DNA of 64,000 nucleotides from Felis catus. Its lineage: Eukaryota. The position numbers and the translations under genes were made by a program. Positions 38,292-50,562 of this stretch are shown one piece after another. Under the pieces are notes generated by a model, which saw nothing but the letters and a program-made list of their open reading frames with translations, did not search any database and had not been told where the DNA came from. The stretch covers positions 122,948,001 through 123,012,000 of the forward strand of contig NC_058368.1 of the NCBI RefSeq assembly GCF_018350175.1. Direction: 5' to 3'. Each line of letters begins with the position of its first letter. The first letter of the stretch is position 1.

Positions 38292-39343
38292 CTATAAAAC
38301 ATAAATCAGACATTGTGAGGTTGGGTCCTAAATGGGAGAAGCCAGCTCTGCTCTTATTCAGAATTCTCAGCTTCCATTGAAGACTGGTGACTTCTCTGCT
38401 GGCCTCTTCTGCCCCCCTGCCCCCTCAACCTTTTCTTATTTCTGTCTTCTCTCAAGGATATCTCACTGGTGTCCAATCACTCCCTGCCTGTTGAAGCGTC
38501 AAGAAAATGAAGCAAAAGTTTGATTATGATCAAAGTATCTTAGTTCAGCATTTCACAAAAGTTGACCCATTTCTTTGAAAATAGAAGTGATTTACTTACT
38601 GCTTGAAATGTATCAGGTACGGAGCAAATATCTTCTGAATGCTCACTGACATTGTCACAACTGGTTACTAGACCTTTGATCTTACAATTAGTGATGTAAG
38701 AAGTCTAAGTATCTTTAATTCAGTTTATAGATGAAGATGTGAAGAGTTTATACGACTAATTGTAAAGCAGTTACCACTAGCAGTAACCAGGTCTTGTGAT
38801 AACAAAACTAACTTGGAATGACATGTAAGTCTTTTTGTAAGTAATGTTAAACATGGAACTCTTTTGACAACTCAACATCGGACCCTAAGGAACTCAATCC
38901 CTCTGTTACATTACACTGCCTATTAATCCAATTCACATTTATCCAGTTCACAGATAGATGCTTAAAATTGCCATGCTGCATTCCCCGGAAAATAACAGGT
39001 CTTGCTGACATCATGTAGAGGGTGGTCATTTTGGTTGAGCTCAATGAAGGGAAAAGGAGCTAACCTGATAGTATCCAAAGAAAGAAATGTTGGTGAGATT
39101 TGATTTTGATATTGACAGTTTCTGAAGTGATCTAGGTAAGGAGGTAGCTCTTCCTAGCTAAATGTCATAAGAAGCAGCAAGGCACTTACAGGCTTGAAGA
39201 AGCCCCCTGGAATAGGCCCCTGACCTTATTTCGCTAGGACCAAAAGATCTAAGACTAGAATGTAAATCTAGAAGGTAATGGGTTTAGTAATGCAACAAGT
39301 CAAACAGGTTTTACTCAAATCAGAAAAATATGCAGGCACCTAC

Positions 39344-39398
39344 CAGATAGCCCCAACAGGGCCAAGGCACAGAGGAGGAGGATGCTTGTTACCTTCAT
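39344..39398 (-). CDS. SPINK1: SPINK1 coding exon 1 (55 nt): signal peptide MKVTSILLLCALALLGLS(G)
   Basis: Minus strand reads CAGCC-ATG AAG GTA ACA AGC ATC CTC CTC CTC TGT GCC TTG GCC CTG TTG GGG CTA TCT G|gtaggt. Good Kozak context, hydrophobic signal peptide resembling human MKVTGIFLLSALALLSLSG, phase-1 GT donor. Confidence 0.96.
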
Positions 39399-39640
39399 GG
39401 CTGAAAGTTCTGTATCCAGTCAGTAGAAGATGGCATTGAACTCACCACTTCTTTTCAGAGCCCTGGGACTGGAAGGGTCATATAGACAGAGTGGCCACCC
39501 AGGCTCCACCTCCTGTCCTGTCACCAGATCTCTTGAGTTATTGATTGACTCGTGTTGATTGACTCGGTAGGATAACCTGACCCCAAGTCTCAGGAATGTC
39601 ACCTGCATAAGAAAGGTGAAAGAAGTAGCAGGGGCCGGAA
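39399..39640 (-). promoter_or_regulatory. SPINK1: SPINK1 5'UTR/proximal promoter: TATA-like TATATG (39479-39484), HNF1/ONECUT-like GTCAATCAATAAC (39537-39549), E-box CAGGTG and upstream splice acceptor (39603-39604)
   Basis: Motifs read directly on the minus strand. The layout matches my recollection of the human SPINK1 proximal promoter (HNF1 site around c.-147/-142, acceptor near c.-191). Confidence 0.75.
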
Positions 39641-40341
39641 TGTGCTTGGCCAAGACACCAGCAGAGAAGTTCTGGTGGTTAGTTGGTTCTCCCTCAACTT
39701 CCTCTGTGACTCTGGGCAGCCCTAGTGTTCTCATCTGTATGTACTCTGTAGCTCTGGGTATGTGAGCAGGTGTGGATATCCAAAAATGGGTCTCCATTCT
39801 TTCTTCCTTTCCTTCAGCTTTTCCCTTTTTCATTTTTTTCTCTTTTGTTGCACTCATTCACAAAGCCCAAGGTAGCTGGCAGAGACACAGGTTAGAAATA
39901 AAGAGGGCTCACTTCCCTAAGGCGTGTGTGTGTGCTTTGGGGCTAGATTGTGCTCTCCGGATACTTAATAGCTCTGTGTTCTTGGACAGATAGTTCACTT
40001 TTGCTGGGCCTCAATTTATTCATCTGAGACCTGAAATAATAATAGCACTTAAAGTGTTTATCTTTCATTCAAATGTATGTGTGCTGTGTCTACCATGTGT
40101 TATTAGGAGATAGTTCTTCATGTCTCTTGTGTTTCTGCCTTTCTTATAAGGAGAGGCACGCACTGCCTGTGCTTCAGACAATCTTTTCAAAAGTTTGTAC
40201 AACTAATGGACTTAGAGGGTGGAATAGTGTCTCTGTCTGGAACAAAGGGGAGGTTTGTTCACCATTCATTATAATAAAGATGATATCCCTCTCCATTGCA
40301 AAGATTAGGTGGGCATAGTGCCCTTTAAAAAAGATTAGGGA

Positions 40342-40720
40342 GAGGCGCCTGGGTGGCTCAGTTGGTTAAGCGTCTGACTCTTGATCTTGGCTCACTCAGG
40401 TCATGATCTTACAGTTCGTGAGTTCAAGCCCCGCGTGGGGCTCTGTGTTGACAGCATGAAGCCTGCTTGGAATTTTCTCTCCCTCTCTGTCTGTCCCTAC
40501 CCCACTGTGCTCTCTCTGTCTCTCTCTCTGTCTCTCTCAAAATAAGTAAATAAATAAACTTCAAAAAGATTTTAAAAAATTCAAAAGTGAAAAAGATTAG
40601 GGATTTTGGGGGTACCTGACTGGCTCAGTCAGTGGAACATGCAACTCTTGACCTTGGGGTCATGAGTTTGAGCCACCCATTGGGTATAGAGATTACTAAA
40701 AAATAAAAATAAAAAATAAA
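40342..40720 (+). mobile_element. Two CAN-SINEs (40342-40590 full; 40608-40720 short) upstream of SPINK1
   Basis: First has TSD aaaaagattaggga; second is the short form ending in an A-rich tail. Confidence 0.87.
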
Positions 40721-40759
40721 ATGAGCATTAAGGAAATTAGAGATTTTTGAAAACATGGC

Positions 40760-41002
40760 CTCCTTCTCTGGAGCACAATGCACTTTCTCTGTAGGTACCA
40801 CTTGGTCCTCTTTCTGTCACCCTGGAGAAGCGTGAGAAATCTGAACAGATGACACTGGCACTCTAGCTATTGCTACTGAATAATTAAGTCCCTTGTCTCT
40901 GACTCAGGAGTCTGTTTTCTGCCAGAATCCCTTTAACTGTGGCAGGCTAACTTGTTAGCTTCCAAGTAGGGTAAAATCTCAGATCCCCCCTGGTCTTGGA
41001 CT
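40760..41002 (+). mobile_element. ERVL-type LTR 3' fragment (MER76-like)
   Basis: tgtctctgactcaggagtc...gtggcaggctaacttgttagcttccaagtagggtaaaatctcaga. Confidence 0.5.
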
Positions 41003-41519
41003 GTGCGCATGTCTGAGGATACATCAATGAATAACAATGACAGTCTTTGCCCTCATGGAGCCTCCACTGCATTTTACTTGGAGGAGACAGATAATTTTAA
41101 AGTATATCAGATTATGATAAATACTATGGAGAAAAAGGATAAAAAGTTTAAGATGCTGGAAGATCAGGATATAGTTGTTATAGATGGTCAGACAAGACCT
41201 TGCTGATTAAGTGACATTTGAACAGAGACATGAAGGAAGTGAGGAATTAATTGAACCAGGCGCATATCTAAGAGCATGCACTCCAGAGTAAAGCGAGTAC
41301 AAAGGCTCTTAGGCAGAATCTTGCTTGACACTTTTGAGAAACAGCCAGGGTGATAGTCTGGCTGGAGCAAAGTGATAGAGAGGTAAAGGAAGCAGTGAGG
41401 GCTGGGTAGTGAAGGGCTGGGTAGGCTGTAGTAAGGACTTTGTTTTTTAACCGAAGAGAAAGCCCATGGAGACCTATGTCGCAGGAACTACATGATATAG
41501 CGCTCATCCTAAAAGTTCA

Positions 41520-41721
41520 TTTTTTAATGCTTATTTATTTTGAAGAGACAGAGAAAGAGCACAAGCAAGGGAAGGGCAGAGAGAGGGAGACACAGGATCT
41601 GAAGCAGGGTCCAGGCTCTGAGCTGTCAGCACAGAGCCTGACGCGGGGCTCGAACCCACAACGTGCAAGATTATGACCTGAGCCAAAGTCGGGCGCTTAA
41701 CTGAGCCATCAAGGCACTCCC
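41520..41721 (-). mobile_element. CAN-SINE within an L2-like fragment
   Basis: TSD ~cctaaaag(g/t)tcattttt. Confidence 0.85.
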
Positions 41722-42042
41722 TAAAAGGTCATTTTAACTGCTCTGTGAGAATAAACTTGAAGGCAAGGGGAGCAGCAGGAAAACCCAACTTCTTGGCTAC
41801 TGTACTAGTCCACCCAAGAGATGGTGGTAGAAGTGGAAGGAAGAAGCTGACTCTGTAGTTCAGGTGATCTCAATACATAGAGATCATTTACAACAATTTC
41901 TGGCACATGGTAAACACTTAGAGATATTGCCCATCACCATAATTTTTGTTATTTTTTCAGTATTTATAATGCTGTTCCATCTGACAGGAATGTTCTGCAT
42001 CAGTGAATCCTTCCTCAGTCTTTAAGATTCACTTCAGGTGTT

Positions 42043-42262
42043 GGGGCACCTGGGTGGCGCAGTCGGTTAAGCGTCCGACTTCAGCCAGGTCACGATCTCG
42101 CGGTCCGGGAGTTCGAGCCCCGCGTCAGGCTCTGGGCTGATGGCTCGGAGCCTGGAGCCTGTTTCCGATTCTGTGTCTCCCCCTCTCTCTGCCCCTCCCC
42201 CGTTCATGCTCTGTCTCTCTCTGTCCCAAAAATAAAAAAATAAAAACGTTGAAAAAAAAAAA
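42043..42262 (+). mobile_element. Very young CAN-SINE (SINEC_Fc-like)
   Basis: CpG-intact, pure A tail, perfect 19-bp TSD aagattcacttcaggtgtt at 42024-42042 and 42263-42281. Confidence 0.96.
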
Positions 42263-43821
42263 AAGATTCACTTCAGGTGTTGTTTCTTAATTGGAAAACT
42301 TCTTGCGCTCATTCTGGGCTACCGTGGTATATTGAACCTGGTTGAACCCAACACCTAACACATTGTTGAAACTGTGTATATGACTGGTTCACCCATTCCT
42401 TCTATGTTTCAACCTTCACCATCCCAGCTTCCTCCTGCTTCACTACTGCTCCTGAACTTGTTCTTGTTTAGGTCACAAATTCAGGTCAGTTACTTCCATG
42501 GACACTTTTTCAGAGCACATGGCTTCTAACTCTTCACATTTGATCACACTCAGTATAATTTCTTTCCTTGGGTATCACGACTGCATAGTCCCCTACATTT
42601 TCTCATACTTTCTTGATCCTCATATCATCTTCAACCTCTTTATTGGCTCCTCTTCCTCTTAATGAGTGAAGATTTGAAGTTTCTCAAGGATTGGTCCTGT
42701 GCCTTATTTATGTCTCACTTTTCCTTTTCCTTAGGTGAGCTCAGTCATTCACATCGTTTAAATTATATCTATATAAAATCCCCAGATATGCATCTCTTCC
42801 TAGATGTGTCCTCGGTTCTTCAGACCAGATATTAAATGCATTCTTGACTGTTTGGATGTGCTATGGGTACTTCAAATGTACGATATCCCATACTACTACT
42901 TGGATCATTCATCACAAGTATTTTTCTCTTCACTCTCCCCCTTGCTTCTCTGCTTTCCAACTGGCCAGTTAAGCCAAAACCTAAGTGTTCTCCTTGATGC
43001 CTTCACTTGCCCTTAACATGCATAACTGTCCATGCTTAATTTGTTACCAAGTTCTCTTCTTGAATCTGTATCTGAAATCAGCGCTGAACGCTTCTCACCT
43101 TAAACTTTCCTATCAAAGATGATGGCATTATTGTCTGTGTCCCTCCCTGAGGGTATATCTGGCCTTGAGAGATGTAGATTGATGTTTGAAGTCTGTGGCT
43201 TTCTGAAATTTCCTTCAAGACAGTATCTCTTGTTATTGCTTTCTCAAGAAATAACTCCATGGAACAGTCCAGTGATCTTATAGAACAAACATGATCATGC
43301 AACTCCCCAGTTTCCCATTGTTCAAAATCCTCAGGAAGGGTTTAGGCGAGATTAGGCTCTTTTTGACCTTTCTCACTTCATCCCTCTCCAGTTTGCTCTT
43401 TGCTCAGTCTGTCAAGCTACGTGGGTCATTTCTCTGTTCCCCCTTAATTTCTTTTAATAGGGAAAAAAGCTTTTAGGTTTAACCTTCAAGACTCAGGCTC
43501 AACATAATTTTCTCATGGAGCTGCTTTTCCAAGTCTTAACTCAGTCTCTGCTGCATCTACCTTAGGACTTACTGTTATATTATTTCATGATACCCTGCAT
43601 AACACTTAAATTTCATTCTGTAGCTGTTTGTATGATTATTATGTACTATCTGTTCCCCTTTAAGGAGCAAATATGGTTGCTTGGTAGCTGCAGTACCTAG
43701 CAAAGTGCCTGGAAAATAGAAGGTTCTGAATAAATATTTGCTGAAAACATGAATAAAGTAATAGATGTTTATACTTCTTTCCTTGAAGACCCAGATCTAT
43801 GCCTTGTTTGTTTCTTAGACA

Positions 43822-44028
43822 TTTTTTAAAATGTTTATTATTTTTGAGAGAGAGAGAGATAGTACGAGCAGGGGAGGGGCAGAGAGAGAGAGGAGACAGA
43901 ATCCGAAGCAGACTCCAGACTCTGAGCTGTCCGCACAGAGCCCAATGTGGGGCTCGAACTCACCAACCGTGAGATCATGACCTGAGCCAAAGTCTAATGT
44001 CTAACCAACTGACCCACTCAGGCGCCCC
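43822..44028 (-). mobile_element. CAN-SINE
   Basis: T tail, GA tract, ...ctcaggcgcccc. Confidence 0.88.
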
Positions 44029-44756
44029 TATGCCTTGTTCATTTCTGTGTCTCTAGTGCCTGCCACAGAGTACTCATTTATTGGTTCATTCCATCTTTTA
44101 TGCATTCAACCATTGTTATAATTCAAATACCCACTGAGTTCCTACTATTTAAAAGCTCTGGCCTGACTGCTAGGGAAATAGATTTTGGCTTCTGCCTTTA
44201 TGGAGTTTAGGCCGAGCACTGATAGATACAGTTTGAATGAGTAAAAATTTTTTTCTTTTCATCTCATATCATAATTTAAATAGCAGCTTGGTTGATGGTA
44301 AGAAGGTACTAATAGCCACTGTAAAGGGAGTTAATATTCAAGAGAAGGAATTTTTGACTTCATAAGCAATCTGAGGAAAAGGGAACTGTCTGGGATCTCG
44401 TTGCAGAAACTCTTTAGGTAATAATACCAGCAGTAATAACATTCAGATTAAGACCTGTATTATGCCAAATCCTGGGCTCTTTCTACCAAACATTGATTTT
44501 TAAACATTTTAACTGTGTACCCAAAGCAAAAATAGAAATTCTGTGGTATAGCCTAGTGTATGCATACATATGTGTAGACAAAATTGTTAAGAAACAAAGC
44601 ATAGCCTTATTCAATATGATGACTCTACATGCCTTTTATTCTGTTCTATCTCATAGCTCACTGACCCTGACTTGCATTTTGAAAAACTATTAACGACATT
44701 AACTATGCTGCCTTACAATCTTCTTTTCTTAAGTTCTATAAAAGTAGGATAAAATT

Positions 44757-44985
44757 GGGGTGCCTGGGTGGCTCAGTCGGTTGAGCGTCCGACTTTGGCT
44801 CAGGTCATGATCTCACGGTCCATGAGTTCAAGCCCTGCGTTGGGCTCTGTGCTGACAGCTCAGAGCCTGGGGCCTGTTTCAGATTCTGTGTCTCCCTCTC
44901 TCTCTGACCCTCCCCTGTTCATGCTCTGTCTCTCTCTGTCTCAAAAATGAATAAAACGTTACAAAAAAAATTTAAAAAAAAAAAA
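44757..44985 (+). mobile_element. CAN-SINE
   Basis: TSD ~gtaggataaaatt on both sides. Confidence 0.92.
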
Positions 44986-46354
44986 GGTAGGATAAAATTC
45001 TAGTTAGAGGCTGGTCCTAACATTGTGATGAGAAGGGGCTCTTGGGAGGCCATATATTGAAGAGGTCATGAAGAGACAGACCTGGTTCCAATTAGAAGTC
45101 TGCCTTTTCAACTGTGATGTGACTCTGGGTAAATCTTCAACTACAAAAATGCATATCATAATATATTCATTTAGTGTGAGAATAAACGTAGAAAAGCAAT
45201 AAGTACTGTGCAAAAGCTTTATGCTCCATTTCCCCTGGAACAATCATTGCTAGCTGGTAATAACCTGACTCTTCCTTCCACAGATTGGAATAAATGGATA
45301 ATATGTTGAGGCTTTATATGATCACTGTCTGGACAGAATAAATATTGTTTGCCCTAAGATGGCATTGGCTGGAATAACTCTGCTGCTCTGCTAGGCTATT
45401 GGTTGTATTTAGTGTGTTTACATGGCCTAGCCTTGTGTAAATCTCTCCGTCTGTCTCCTTTTCCTCTCTGTGCACTTATTTATGTGTGCCTGTCTTCGGT
45501 AACTCAGCAAACATACTATGACCTATTTCCCTCTGTTTCAAGGACTAATTATTCACCTGAATAAAGAAAAAGTTTAAGAGAACTGTTTAGTGGGTGCTGA
45601 TAATACTTGCTGGAATGGGGATGTTGCTTGGCACCTGCTGATTTTCACATCCTGTGCCCAAGGTTTAACTGGTAACAGAAACTAGTGACATGGAGTCTCA
45701 TGAATTTAGCCTGATGTGTGAAGACCTCTGACTTAACTGCATCTTAACTCTTCCATCTTATTTTTCAGTATTCATGGAACTTCATGGCTTGTCTTAATTA
45801 TAACCATTACTGCTGAAAATTTTCAAAAGTGTCTATGCCAGGCACCATGGTGCTTTATTTCCATCATTTTGAATCCCTATAGCATTATTATCTCCATTTT
45901 ACAAGTAAGGAAATTGAGATTGAGGCACAGAGGTTTCAGTTGTTATGTTCCTTGGTCACAGAGATCAAATACTGATTAAAAATTTTTAAAATAGTCAAGT
46001 GCACACAGATACACATATACAGATATACATGTATATATACACAGATGTACATTTTATGTGTGTGTGTGTTTCTGATACGTGACTTCAAATCTCTTATTAA
46101 TTCTTCCTAATGCACTTCTTTATGACCCACCACTTCATACTCTGAAACAGTAATTATAGCGATTTGAGCTTAATGACCTATTTAGAGCAGAGGCTTATAC
46201 TTCAGGAGGCCTGGGTTCCTAATTTAAGGTAGCTACTGAAAATCTGAAGTTTTTGCAAGGTCTCTGTATTCTGTGGGCTTCAGTTTCCTTACATACATGT
46301 GTTATAATGAACTTCTGAGTAGGTTACATTTTCACTCTCTTAATAATATCTTTT

Positions 46355-46790
46355 GGGGCACCTGTGTGGCTCAGTCCATTAAGCATGACTCTTGTTTTTG
46401 GCTCAGGTCATGATTTCATGTTTGGGGAGATCAAGCCCCATGTCAGGCTCCGTGCTGACAGCACAGAGCCTGCTTGGGATTCTCTATCTCTGTCTCTCTC
46501 TCTCTGCCCCTACCCCACTCGTTCTCTCTTTCTAAAAATAAATAAATATTGGGGTGCCTGAGTGGCTCAGTCGGTTAGGCATCTGACTTCGGCTCAGATC
46601 ATGATCTCATGGTTTGTGAGTTCGACCCCCACATCGGGTTCTGTGCTGAGAGCCCAGAGCCTGGAGCCTGCTACGAATTCTGTGTCTCCCTCTCTCTCTC
46701 TGCTGCTCCTCTGCTCATGATCTGTCTCTCTCTCTCTCTCTCTCCTTCAAAAATAAATTTAAAAATTTAAAAAAAAATTTTAAATAACTA
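46355..46790 (+). mobile_element. Head-to-tail CAN-SINE pair (second inserted in A-tail of first)
   Basis: Outer TSD aataatatctttt flanks both copies. Confidence 0.88.
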
Positions 46791-47061
46791 TTTTAAAAAA
46801 TAATATCTTTTGATGTACAAAGGTTCTTAATTTTAATTGAGTCCAGTTTAGCAACCTTTACCTTTGTTGTTAGTGTTTTTTGTATCCTATTTAAGAAAAA
46901 TTTGCCCACCCCAGGATTGTGCCAATATTCTATATAATCCTAGAAGCTCTACAATCCATTGTAAATAATTTTTGTGGCTGATGTAAGTAGGTCCCAACAT
47001 TCAATTTTTTTAAACATGAATTTGTGGATAATAAACTCATTTTCAGTTATTGAAAATAACT

Positions 47062-47193
47062 GATGGCTTAAATGGGCAAGAGGCATTAGGGAGGACACTT
47101 GTTGGGATGAGCATTGGGTGTTACATGTCAGTGATGAATCACTAAATTTTACTCCTGAAATCATTATTACAGTATTTGATAACTAACTTGGAT

Positions 47194-47242
<49 letters not shown>

Positions 47243-47243
47243 A
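47062..47243 (+). mobile_element. Short carnivore L1 3' end with (TAAA)n tail
   Basis: atggcttaaatggg...ggcattagggagg...ctcctgaaatcattattac...taactaacttgga followed by (TAAA)n; the same 3'UTR text occurs at 700-780. Confidence 0.8.
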
Positions 47244-48464
47244 AACTGTGTTGGAAAGTGAAGAGAATGGGAGAAAATGTAGACAAAGGGAACAATGTTT
47301 ATTTTAAGAAGTTTTACTCTGAAGAGAGTGAGATGTAAGGGTCATTGCTGAAAGTGGACGTAGGGTTTTAAGATGGGAAATGATGTACTTCAAATAAAGG
47401 TCTATTAAGACAACAATCAGGCTCATTCTAAATACTTTTTTTTCTGAGGCTCAAAATTGTGAGTTCCCTTAATTTGTCAGAATGGCAAGATAATAATGTC
47501 ACCCTCCTTACAGCCTTCCATATTCAACACATAAAAGACGGGTGGTAAGTATTCACTGTTGGGGCAGTAAAGGAAGAAAACAGCTTGAGAAGATCGTATC
47601 TTTGAATACAGGACTAGTAAGAAATATCAAAAGCAACTGTGGAGTTCACGAGGGAAATTTCTTCTAGCATTAGAAATCCTAGTAATGTATTTCCTAATAG
47701 TTATTTAAAAAGCACTTTTGAGTTCCTGTGAAGGTCTTTCCTGCCTTGGCTGTACTTGTGGATCCACAGCTAGAATAATGGTCCTTTTTCCCTGAAAACC
47801 CTGAATTTATGTATGCTTCTATTAGAGAGTGTTACATTGGGCATTCTATTTTTTTTGTTTAAATCTCTCTCCTACTAAACTATTAGAGGTTATAACCTTT
47901 TTTTTTTTTTTCCATCTCCACAGTCAAGTACACTATTCAATCTAAAGGTACCTGATAAAATGGGAAAAATCCATTCACTCTTAGCTGTTCGTGGGCATAG
48001 TAGACTTTAATAAGTTTACAAAGAAATGGGAGAAGGGATTACACACACCAGACAACAGAATACTATAAAACCACACCTTAGAACCTTTAGAATCTTCAGC
48101 CTTTAGAACCACTCTTACTTGGAGTCTTTCTTAGTCATTTCTCCCCAAACAGAAGCCAAACCGCAAGTGTTTGGTTACTCCTTCTCCTACCCCTTCCACT
48201 CAAGAATAAAATAATCAGTATATTTCCTTGTCTAAAGCAGAACCCAGTGACATTTAGGTCCTTGATACCACACCCAGCATTTTTTTCAGGGTCTTTCCCC
48301 ACCAAAGACGGTTCTTTCTCTAGGGTAAATTCTGGTGCCAGCTGTTAATAACATGTCCAACACATTACATAATGATTGAAAGCCCAGTCTTTGGAGAACA
48401 ACAGACCTAATTTGAAATCTGCCTGTGTGACTTTGAGTGAAACTTCACATTTATGACCCTTGTT

Positions 48465-48765
48465 TTCACAGTCTTTTCTCTAAAATCCCTGGTGCTGATG
48501 AGTTTTGGAATTCATATATATTGTTTTAAATTTTAAAAAGTCATGATATACATAGTGTTTATTACAGAAAGCTCAGTAATGTCTAGGGTAGCACCCTCTC
48601 ATCAAACACACTAGTAATTCTGTGGCAAAAAATATAAATAAATAGTCTTAAGTCATCTCTTGATAGGTTTTGCTGTCAAATGAGTTACAAAATAAACATA
48701 ACAAAGACTTGTGATTGTCAGAACTCTCTGGGGTTGGACTGATGAAATAGGGACTGTGGAACTAT
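48465..48765 (+). mobile_element. hAT DNA transposon remnant (MER96B-like)
   Basis: gggtagcaccc...atcaaacacactagtaattctg...aggttttgctgtcaaatgagtta...agggactgtggaac. Confidence 0.65.
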
Positions 48766-49026
48766 GTCTACTTAATGGGCTTGTCACCAGGAATAAAGAG
48801 GATAGTGCATGTCAACCTCAGAGCTCAGACCATGGCACTAAAGGCTTAATACATGGCTATTATTACTACTCCTCCCCTACTTCAGCTCATGTTAAACTTA
48901 GGATCTACTCCCTGCCCTTTCTCCTTTCTCTTATTGGTAAAATCTTTCTATATTGTATATTTAATTTACAGGAAACTTCCAAACTGCTCTTATATTAAGA
49001 TTTTTTTTTTTTTAAGAGGTAAGCCA

Positions 49027-49200
49027 TGGGATGCCTGGGTAGTTCAGTTGTTAAACGTCCAACTTCAGCTCAGGTCATGATCTCACAGCTTGTGAGTTCA
49101 AGCCCCACATCAGACTCTGTGCTGACAGCTTGGAACCCGGGGCCTCCTTCAGATTCTGTCTCCCTCTCTCTCTGTCCCCACCCCCACCTCAAAAAAAATG
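49027..49200 (+). mobile_element. CAN-SINE
   Basis: TSD ggtaagccat. Confidence 0.87.
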
Positions 49201-50352
49201 AACATAATTTTTTTTTTTTTTAATGGGGTAAGCCATCAGTGTTGGAGACCACCTCCATTAGAGCCAGAACAGTTGTGAACACTTCCCATCCTTGCTTCAT
49301 TGTTGATACAGCCTTGAGTCTCACTTTCCAGCAGCTTTGCCTTCTCCCAGACTGGCACTGATTCCTCTCTAAGAATGATTGATTATAAGCTCGAACAGGA
49401 GAGAAGGAAGCCTTCCAGTTGACGTATGTAAATGTTTACTGAAAGAAAATAAAATGTTTTTGTGACATACTGAAACAAAAGAAAAGTTTATAGCTAGAGG
49501 TAAAAGTCTATATTTGGGCACAAAAGATCACTATTTAACTAACCACATTTCAAATAAGGAAAAAGGATGGGTACGGAACAACCATAGCAAGAGGAAGAGG
49601 ATGTCAAGAAAATTAAAAATAATTGGAATGGATTCTGATTTCTGGCCCTACTACTCTTAAACTAACCTCTCACATTTTATTAATGAATTCATTCTTGCCA
49701 ATTCTAATGACCTTTTGTTAGTTTTTCTCACATCTCTAGATACACAGTAGTATATGTCACCAGACTCTACCTGGTTTTACTGTATGATGGGGCATTTCCA
49801 CTGATGTCCTGAAATCATTTCAAACATACTTTATAAGAGAAATCTGAATTATCTCTTGGTCAATCCTCCTTTTCCAGACTTCTGTTCTCTCTAGAGCATC
49901 ATCCTAATTTCAGATTTTAAGCTTAAAGCCATCTTTGGTTGCTACTTTTCCATGGCCCTAGATCTAACCAACCACCAGTTTTCTTAGTTTATCTTTTATC
50001 CACATCCTATTTCTCTTCCTATTCCACCAGTCTGCCTCATGTCAAAATTACTTCCCTATATTCTTTCAGATGGGCTCTCCTATGTGCTATACTGTGCCTC
50101 TAAAGGTCATAAAGAAGCAGAGGACCTGGATTTATGAGTTGGTTTGGCCATTCACCAACCATGTATTCTCTGTCCTCTCTCTATACCTCACCAGTTTCCT
50201 TTGTCTCCTACCACAGTCACTATATCATGTTGAGTCTACTTTCAATATGTTGACTTTGTTCTCTTCTCATATAGTGTCTCTCTACTTCCCTGATTCAGAC
50301 CATTATTTACTTCTTGAAACAATTTTTTAACTGCTCTCACTACATCTTTCTA

Positions 50353-50562
50353 TTTTTTTAAACATTTTTTTAAATCTTTATTTATTTTTGAGAGAGCATG
50401 AGCAGGGGAGGAACAGAGAGAGAAGGAGGCACAGAATCCGAAGCAGGGTCCAGGCTCTGAGTGTCAGCACAGAGCCTGATGCGGGGCTCGAGCCCACGAA
50501 CTGCCAGATCATGACTAGAGCCGAAGTTGGACACTTAACCGACTGAGCCACCCAGGTGCCCC
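50353..50562 (-). mobile_element. CAN-SINE
   Basis: TSD ~ctacatcttt. Confidence 0.9.

Noticed and set aside
39388..39398. ATGAAG|GTAACA as a splice donor two codons into SPINK1
   Set aside because: These bases encode Met-Lys-Val-Thr of the signal peptide; only the donor at 39343 gives the correct phase with exon 2.
39420..39857. 145-aa ORF upstream of SPINK1
   Set aside because: It runs through the promoter/5'UTR, stops before the SPINK1 ATG, and has no recognisable homology.
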